64,000 bases of DNA from a virus: the IMG/VR virus record IMGVR_UViG_3300010268_000001, one strand, 5' to 3'. Made by a program: the position numbers and the translations under genes. Under the pieces are notes generated by a model. The model searched no databases and was not told where the DNA came from. It worked only from the letters and a program-made list of their open reading frames with translations. This document shows, one piece after another, positions 58,280-64,000 of the stretch; position 1 is the stretch's first letter; each line of letters opens with the position of its first letter.

Positions 58280-60447
58280 TCATCATACCCCTTTCTAAGA
58301 GACAACCTGCATGTACAATTTGGGTGGAAGGGAGGGAGATCGCCTGACAAGAGGTTGACTTTTTTATTCTGATAGGACTTGCAAGTTTCGCATCCAAGAT
58401 CTGACACAATGTATGCTTCGTTAAATCCAGAATCTCTGGCTGCTCTTGCAAACCCTGTGTTGTATGCTTTATAGACCTGGTTTGTTGAGATGAACTTCAG
58501 CCTATATTGCAATGCATCGAATATTCCTGAGATTTTAAATAGTATATCACTGTTATCAGATGATTTGATAGTCCTGTTAATCTGCTCTAGTATATCGTCT
58601 GCAACCGAATTAATCCTCGATTTTACTTCTTCGTTTAAGGAATTTATATGGTAGTGGAAATTAATGCTTGACTGGGTAAGGATCGTTTCGTCATCGCCAT
58701 TTATCTTGCTGGCTTGTGTCTTTGCGTCTGACACGCCCTGGACAAATGATGACGTTATGTGCTTGTTAGCAAGGGTTGCCATATAATCTGCGCCGAGCCT
58801 TAGTATCATCTCGACGTTCTTTATATTAAGCGCTGATAAAGGCTCGCCTGTATTTATATGTCGTCTCACTGTCATAATAACATCTGATTTCATTGATTCA
58901 TAATGCTTTGCGAAGGACGCATATAGCGAGCCAATACTGGTTACAGGAACAACTGACTCTACCATGCTTTCAGTCTTTGCAGACGGCCTTGTGCCGTATT
59001 GATTGGTGGGATGGTTCTTGTTTGCGCCCGCGTTATTTGCCGCTTGCTGCATCTTTATAGCTATTGAGTCTTTTGAGGTTTCTAATGCAGTAGGTATTGT
59101 AATCATTCTGAAGTAGAGTCTGTTTTCCTCTTCTTCTGTCACAGGTTCATAACCAAGCCCAAGCCTTAGCTGTTCGTGTGTAATTGCGTTTTGCGTAAAC
59201 AGCTGTACAAGGTGATTTTGTTCTGCCATCTTGGACTGCAAGTCGATTTCTCTGAACCTCAAATAGACTGCGTTTTCTGGCTTTGTTATCGGGTCAAATC
59301 CGCCTTCAAGAAGGAGCTCGTATATAATCTTTGAATTGAAGTAATTTTCGATAACCTTCTGAAAGGCTTTTACTCTATCCTTAAACATCTGGTCGAGGTT
59401 GTCAGATGTCGACTTATTAACAGTGTCGCCCTCGCCCATAATTGTTGATGAAACACCAAGACCTGTAAATACTCTCTTTTTAAAGTACTCAAGGTATGGT
59501 GCTGCATCTATAACTTTATCTCCAACTCCTATGGGTATAATGTTATGACGCTCGGATGTAACTATTCCTCCATCCAATGGAAGCTCTGAAAGTGTCGCTC
59601 TTACTTCATCCACCTCTTCATCTGTGGCATACATTCCTTCTTCTGGTAGACCGACTTTATAATGCAGTAGCGGGAATAAGTTTTTGTAAATCATCCTGTC
59701 TACCAGTTCTTCCATCTGTCTTAATAGTTTTACATCATCGAGCACTTGCCATAGAAACGGAAATCCAAATGCTCTTCCCTGTGGCCTATCTATTGCCATA
59801 TGAATTATGTCTTCTGGGTTAAACTCGACAGGTTCCATTCCGCTTATTTCTTGCTTATATTTCCTTACCGTGCCGTTTATATCTCTTGCTATCCTTACTG
59901 TTGACACGGGAAGAAGAAAGTATCCGGCAACAGGTCTGTTTGAAAGTACCGGCTTTACTGTAATCCCCTTAGGGTATTGATAAGTGTTGGTTGCCCTTGC
60001 TTTTACTATAAAAACATTGTGAAATCTGACAAGGTCTTCTGCAATTTCTATTAGAAATTCGTCAAGTGATTTATCTATAGCAACTGACATAGCGGCGAGT
60101 CTTAGTTTAATATATTCTACTGCTTTTGTGTTTTTGCCTACTATGTCGAATCCTGCTTTAAACATGTAATCTACGTACTTATCGCAAGCCTGACGTATGT
60201 ACGAGTCTGTAAGGTATGCTCGCTCTATCTCTTCAAAACTAAAGCCGGCCGGGCCCTCAAATTCGTATCTTCTTGCCCTTGCGCCGTAAGTTGAGGTGAA
60301 CGCGAGGCCGATCTTCTTTATTGTGCTGCTATTTTTATTTGAAGCGCCTGAGGAGGGGGCTTCATCTACTGTGGCTTGCTTTTTTCTGCGTGAGAAGAGT
60401 CTAGATACTACCTTGGTTACCCCCCAATCTTGCCACATTGTATACAC
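58276..60447 (-). CDS. Portal protein with C-terminal Mu-F/SPP1 gp7-like head morphogenesis domain (723 aa; likely start ATG 60438)
   Basis: EDIIHMAID...AFGFP...LDDVKLLRQME and VFTGLGVS...QNAITHEQLRLGLGYEP are portal motifs. The C-terminus reads CETC...LPPFHPNCTC. Confidence 0.85.
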   Translation of the reverse strand: MYTMWQDWGVTKVVSRLFSRRKKQATVDEAPSSGASNKNSSTIKKIGLAFTSTYGARARRYEFEGPAGFSFEEIERAYLTDSYIRQACDKYVDYMFKAGFDIVGKNTKAVEYIKLRLAAMSVAIDKSLDEFLIEIAEDLVRFHNVFIVKARATNTYQYPKGITVKPVLSNRPVAGYFLLPVSTVRIARDINGTVRKYKQEISGMEPVEFNPEDIIHMAIDRPQGRAFGFPFLWQVLDDVKLLRQMEELVDRMIYKNLFPLLHYKVGLPEEGMYATDEEVDEVRATLSELPLDGGIVTSERHNIIPIGVGDKVIDAAPYLEYFKKRVFTGLGVSSTIMGEGDTVNKSTSDNLDQMFKDRVKAFQKVIENYFNSKIIYELLLEGGFDPITKPENAVYLRFREIDLQSKMAEQNHLVQLFTQNAITHEQLRLGLGYEPVTEEEENRLYFRMITIPTALETSKDSIAIKMQQAANNAGANKNHPTNQYGTRPSAKTESMVESVVPVTSIGSLYASFAKHYESMKSDVIMTVRRHINTGEPLSALNIKNVEMILRLGADYMATLANKHITSSFVQGVSDAKTQASKINGDDETILTQSSINFHYHINSLNEEVKSRINSVADDILEQINRTIKSSDNSDILFKISGIFDALQYRLKFISTNQVYKAYNTGFARAARDSGFNEAYIVSDLGCETCKSYQNKKVNLLSGDLPPFHPNCTCRLSLRKGYDE

Positions 60448-60452
60448 CTCGC

Positions 60453-61343
60453 TTACAAAATAATACGTACATCTTTTATGTCTGGATCAAGCACAAGCAT
60501 CACCGAACCTGTAATTGCCGGGGATAACAGCTTCATCTCTGCATATGTGCCCCAGTACTCTAAGAACGATCCGCATACGACGTAGTGACGTATGCGCGGC
60601 ACTACAGTGCCTGATTGTTCATCCATCTCATGTATAATATCGTTGTCGTACATTCTTCCGTGAACGTGTCCCATTAGGTATATATCGGCATCTGCGATAT
60701 TTACAAGTTTCCTTACAGCAGCAATCTTGCCTTGCGGAGTAGACGCATTACCTGTGCCATGTGTGGCTAATATACGATATGTTTGGTTACCAACTGCAAG
60801 AGATAGATAGCCTTGATAACCCAAGTATGGTATGTCTAGGCTTTCACAAATCATATATGTCGGATTAAGATTAACTGTATATGCAAGGCGCATCTCGTGA
60901 TTTCCTATTAATGCGCCGAGGATCTTGCCTTGCTCTGCAAGAGGCTTTAATATCTTTTTTACAGACGCAAGCTGAACATCTATGTGAAAGTCTTCATCGA
61001 AGATGCCTAGCCCTATACTGGTTTTTGTCGCTGTTTCTGTTAAGTCGCCAAGCAGAATTGTATAACAGTTAGGAGTCTCATTTATCAGCTTGACGATCTG
61101 TTCTAGTTTCTCGAGATTACACCCCTTATTTCCCAAGTGGATATCGGCCAGGGGAATTATTATTATCGGTTCATTGCCAAGATTTCTAACTATGACTCTT
61201 TTACGGATAATAGTATTTTCCGGCCTATTAATTATTCTAAAGGTCTTTGTTGTTGGCGTATCAATAAAACTTGGGTCAATCTTTTCAATAGCGGACTGAA
61301 TATTCTTATTAACCATTTCAAATATTTCGTCTCTTAGACTCAT
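60453..61343 (-). CDS. Calcineurin-like metallophosphoesterase (296 aa)
   Basis: All five motifs are present: ADIHLG, LGD, GNHE, THG, GHVH. Confidence 0.9.
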   Translation of the reverse strand: MSLRDEIFEMVNKNIQSAIEKIDPSFIDTPTTKTFRIINRPENTIIRKRVIVRNLGNEPIIIIPLADIHLGNKGCNLEKLEQIVKLINETPNCYTILLGDLTETATKTSIGLGIFDEDFHIDVQLASVKKILKPLAEQGKILGALIGNHEMRLAYTVNLNPTYMICESLDIPYLGYQGYLSLAVGNQTYRILATHGTGNASTPQGKIAAVRKLVNIADADIYLMGHVHGRMYDNDIIHEMDEQSGTVVPRIRHYVVCGSFLEYWGTYAEMKLLSPAITGSVMLVLDPDIKDVRIIL

Positions 61344-61370
61344 TATCTCTTTGACCCTCCTATTGCCTCT

Positions 61371-62885
61371 CTACGGTATAATATTGTACGTGGTCCTCAC
61401 CCTGTGCTTGTCGTAAATCTGGCCAACCAAGTTGTTCACATTGTTCGCATCGGATTCAAGCATATTCTTAAGCGATAGCATTGAATATCTATATGCTTTT
61501 ACAATCTCTTCAATACCCGCCACTAATGTACTACCAACAGTTCCGAAAGGCAGTTCTTCATCTGTGTAAAACAGCTCTGTCATTGCAGGAACAGCTACGT
61601 CTTTATACAGTCTTGAGTTCGTGGATGCGCTTTTGAATATTGCATCGCGTACCCCATAACTCATTACGTTGTCATAGTTTCTTTTAGTCTCAAGTACGCT
61701 GTTATACTCATTTGTAAAGATAGAATATGTTATGGCACGCATCGACGCATTGTTAATATTCATGTTGCGAATGGCTGCTTCGTATTGTTGTTTAATCGCA
61801 TTGTACTGCGTCGAGTGAAACTTGTCTGATGTTACATCCTGGATACTTTTTACGATATCTGTTAATTTGGTTAGTGCCGACGATATTATTGTGCTTGCAT
61901 TTTTCCTGTACTTGAGCGTATTGTCTATGATGTCGAACTGTTTCTTTGTTACCGTGTATTTGTCTTCATCGCCCTTATCCATGGCGTTTTTAATATCGTC
62001 CTGAAGCCTTAAATGTTGTTCTGCTAAAGCTATCTCTGACTCTCTTAGTTTATCTATATCAGATATATTTTGCGGCTCTTCGTCGTACAGGATGGCATCA
62101 TTAATGAATTGCTCAATTCCGTCAACGAGTTGTTCTGCTACATCTATATAAGGCAACATTTCGGCCTCTATTGAACCATCAATGCCGCAATGATATTCAT
62201 CCCACGCATCTTTTATAATGGCAAAGCTTGGATCGTCTTTAATTTGTTTATATAGCTGGTACGTGATTATACCATCGTTAATGAGCCTTGACGCGTCCTT
62301 CAGTCTTCTTAGTCTATCAATAAGGATATCATCCAGTAAGTTTTTATCGAATTTCGCGGTAACATCCTCAAGTTTTTGCTCGAGGTCCGACTTAACCTGC
62401 TGTATCATATTCTTTAGATCTTGTATCCTCTTGATGTTCTTAGTAATGCTGTTCGAGATTGTGTCTTTTACTACAGATTCAATCTTGTTGTTTATAATAT
62501 TGTTTATAGTGTTAATATCAGCAGGTGTGAACTTTATTTCAGGAACATACTCAAGTATCTTCTCTGATTCTGGATCCTTTATATACCTTGCTGTACTACG
62601 CTTTAGCCTTATTGGGAATGAGGCAAAAATTGAATTGAGGTTTTCATCTTTAAGGTCTACATTTAACTCTATAACCTCTGATGTATATTTGGATATATCT
62701 ATTGTTCCTGTAAGGGCTTTAGGCGTATTAAATACAAACTGCACCTCGTCCCTGATATCATTATCTAATATGTAAACATTCTTGTAGTCCTGCGTCAAAG
62801 GAACGCTTGACTCAAGAAGAACCTCTATTGTATTATCAGATATATATCTGACTGACCGTAGTATTACCTCAGCCTTAGCCGGCAT
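61371..62885 (-). CDS. Hypothetical helical protein (about 504 aa; start re-called from TTG 62954 to ATG 62885)
   Basis: Long ORF. The TTG at 62954 lies in a terminator U-tract with no SD, whereas ATG 62885 (MPAKAE) has AGGAAAG/GGTG upstream. No family recognised. Confidence 0.7.
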   Translation of the reverse strand: MPAKAEVILRSVRYISDNTIEVLLESSVPLTQDYKNVYILDNDIRDEVQFVFNTPKALTGTIDISKYTSEVIELNVDLKDENLNSIFASFPIRLKRSTARYIKDPESEKILEYVPEIKFTPADINTINNIINNKIESVVKDTISNSITKNIKRIQDLKNMIQQVKSDLEQKLEDVTAKFDKNLLDDILIDRLRRLKDASRLINDGIITYQLYKQIKDDPSFAIIKDAWDEYHCGIDGSIEAEMLPYIDVAEQLVDGIEQFINDAILYDEEPQNISDIDKLRESEIALAEQHLRLQDDIKNAMDKGDEDKYTVTKKQFDIIDNTLKYRKNASTIISSALTKLTDIVKSIQDVTSDKFHSTQYNAIKQQYEAAIRNMNINNASMRAITYSIFTNEYNSVLETKRNYDNVMSYGVRDAIFKSASTNSRLYKDVAVPAMTELFYTDEELPFGTVGSTLVAGIEEIVKAYRYSMLSLKNMLESDANNVNNLVGQIYDKHRVRTTYNIIP

Positions 62886-62913
62886 CAACACCACTTTCCT
62901 TTTCGACACAGGC

Positions 62914-63107
62914 TGCACTTGTGACGTGCAACGGATAGACTTGGTATTTTCCAAAAAGAAGGAGCGGGAAGAGGGGTGGCTTCCCGTCCTTTAGAGAGAG
63001 GAGGGAAAGAGATGTCGCCATCTGACCGAAGCGGATGGCAGAAGATGAAGGTAATAGGTTTACAGGAAGGGATCTAACGTGCCGGCCGTCCGCTCGGATC
63101 CGGCACG
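62914..63107. ncRNA. Candidate structured intergenic RNA (four hairpins)
   Basis: GC-rich, purine-skewed non-coding gap with stems at 62914-62930, 62959-62991, 63017-63039 (cUUCGg loop on minus) and 63078-63107. No family recognised. Confidence 0.35.
62953..62991 (-). terminator. Intrinsic terminator-like hairpin downstream of terminase
   Basis: Minus strand AAGGA-CGGGAAG(CCACCCCT)CTTCCCG-C-TCCTT followed by CTTTTT. Confidence 0.65.
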
Positions 63108-63110
63108 GTA

Positions 63111-64000
63111 TTACCAAGTGCTCCGCCTGTGTGCTTTATATAGATTAGTACCCCTAGTAGACCAGCTGTATATATTGAGATTACGGTTAGGCTTTGAACC
63201 AACCGGGACTTTCTTAAGCGGAGGTGAGCCAGGTTCATCCCACTTAAGATAGTCCTTTTCTCTTTCAAGTATCATATCTGAAATGCTCTTGTTAACAACT
63301 TTCTTGAGCGGATTCTCAGCAACAGTTCGTATCGGCAGTATTTTGGTGCTTGGCTTTACCTCTGCAACCGTCGCTATTATACCAGGAAAGTGTTCAACGA
63401 AAGCAAGCACGCACAACATCATGCAGTCGATTGCATGTTCGTCCTCGCTTGTAAATACGGGAACGCCAGACACTGTTCTTTTTACTACTCTGTAGTTTTC
63501 AAGCTGACGAATAATCAGTTCGTCATTGTCGTTTATTATTATGCGATCTCTTTCAAATAGAAGAGCGAGTTGGTTTACCATGAACGGCTTAATTGGTTTC
63601 TTTTCAGATATTTTTGTCCACGGATCTACTACCGACTTACTCTCGCTGAATGATACCCCCACAACTTTCTTATGAAGTCCTGTCTCGGGATGATCCATGC
63701 CATTCTTGTGCAATGTCTCTACCTGGTATTCTCCATAACCTCTATCTACATATATATATTGAGGATTATATATCTCGTTAAGCTCTATAATCTTCTTAAC
63801 TGCATTGTCAAGAGTAAACTTAGTCTTCGGGATTTCAACCCTGTTAATTACCATGAACTTATTATAGTGCTCGTTATATTCCATTGCGACTATCTGGCTG
63901 GCTGCTCCGTATTTGTCCCAGTCGGAACCTATAATTCTTATAGCCGGATAGTCAACTTTATCCATGTAGTTATAAACCATTCTGGCCCTGTCGATATACT
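63111..64000 (-). CDS. Terminase large subunit, C-terminal nuclease domain (5' part outside window)
   Basis: The frame stays open past 63980 to the window edge (YIDRARMVYN). It contains DWDKYG, IYVDRGYG and DEHAIDCMML RNase H-like terminase motifs and lies upstream of the portal. Confidence 0.88.
   Translation of the reverse strand, partial: YIDRARMVYNYMDKVDYPAIRIIGSDWDKYGAASQIVAMEYNEHYNKFMVINRVEIPKTKFTLDNAVKKIIELNEIYNPQYIYVDRGYGEYQVETLHKNGMDHPETGLHKKVVGVSFSESKSVVDPWTKISEKKPIKPFMVNQLALLFERDRIIINDNDELIIRQLENYRVVKRTVSGVPVFTSEDEHAIDCMMLCVLAFVEHFPGIIATVAEVKPSTKILPIRTVAENPLKKVVNKSISDMILEREKDYLKWDEPGSPPLKKVPVGSKPNRNLNIYSWSTRGTNLYKAHRRSTW

Noticed and set aside
9831-61373. Genome-wide amber (TAG) recoding, suggested by five in-frame TAG junctions (9831, 19967, 36165, 48830, 61371)
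   Set aside because: Genes are intact in the standard code. Other TAG stops are out of frame or followed by other stops (5387, 16507, 19034, 50813), TAA junctions are also in frame (18223, 19451), and TAG is simply part of the downstream SD (TAGGAGG/TAGGTG).
62886-62954. TTG start at 62954 for the 527-aa ORF
   Set aside because: It lies in the terminator U-tract with an anti-SD rather than an SD upstream. ATG 62885 has a plausible RBS.
38-63495. Numerous plus-strand ORFs in the ORF track (e.g. 38-652, 1229-1768, 47173-48006, 55470-56063)
   Set aside because: They are antisense shadows of long minus-strand genes, have Ser/Ile/Leu-rich non-protein-like composition, and lack RBS or recognisable motifs.
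1-64000. tRNA, CRISPR array, DGR/retron, integrase, intron or intein
   Set aside because: No cloverleaf, regularly spaced direct repeats, reverse transcriptase, recombinase, homing endonuclease or Hint motifs were seen. Repeats in the window are protein-level (heptads, acidic linker, beta-repeats).

Overview
This window is the virion morphogenesis operon of a large contractile-tailed (myovirus-like) bacteriophage. The host is probably a Firmicute/Bacillota, inferred from the strong AGGAGG/AGGTGA ribosome-binding sites. About 33 tightly packed genes all lie on the minus strand. Reading from 64000 down to 1 they are: terminase large subunit (5' part outside the window), unknown protein, metallophosphoesterase, portal fused to a Mu-F/gp7-like domain, prohead protease-scaffold, head decoration-like protein, major capsid, neck proteins, two sheath paralogs, three tube paralogs, two paralogous tail chaperones, three consecutive giant proteins (2024, 2271 and 2738 aa), an M15 peptidase, spike/wedge/baseplate J, and several baseplate/fibre proteins. 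The last gene is a fibre ORF of at least 1785 codons (5355 to <1) that the ORF track misses because it runs off the window. The standout is the 2271-aa gene (29349-36164). It carries the beta and beta' two-barrel RNA polymerase motifs in canonical order on one chain (catalytic NADMDGD at 30819-30839) plus an N-terminal DEDDh/DnaQ 3'-5' exonuclease. It abuts the tape-measure-like gene in frame across a single TAG and is flanked by two proteins with staphylococcal-nuclease-like folds. This suggests a virion-delivered transcription/nuclease module. A GC-rich multi-hairpin intergenic element follows the terminase. No tRNA, rRNA, CRISPR array, integrase, intron or intein was seen. All domain calls are by eye from motifs; no searches were run.
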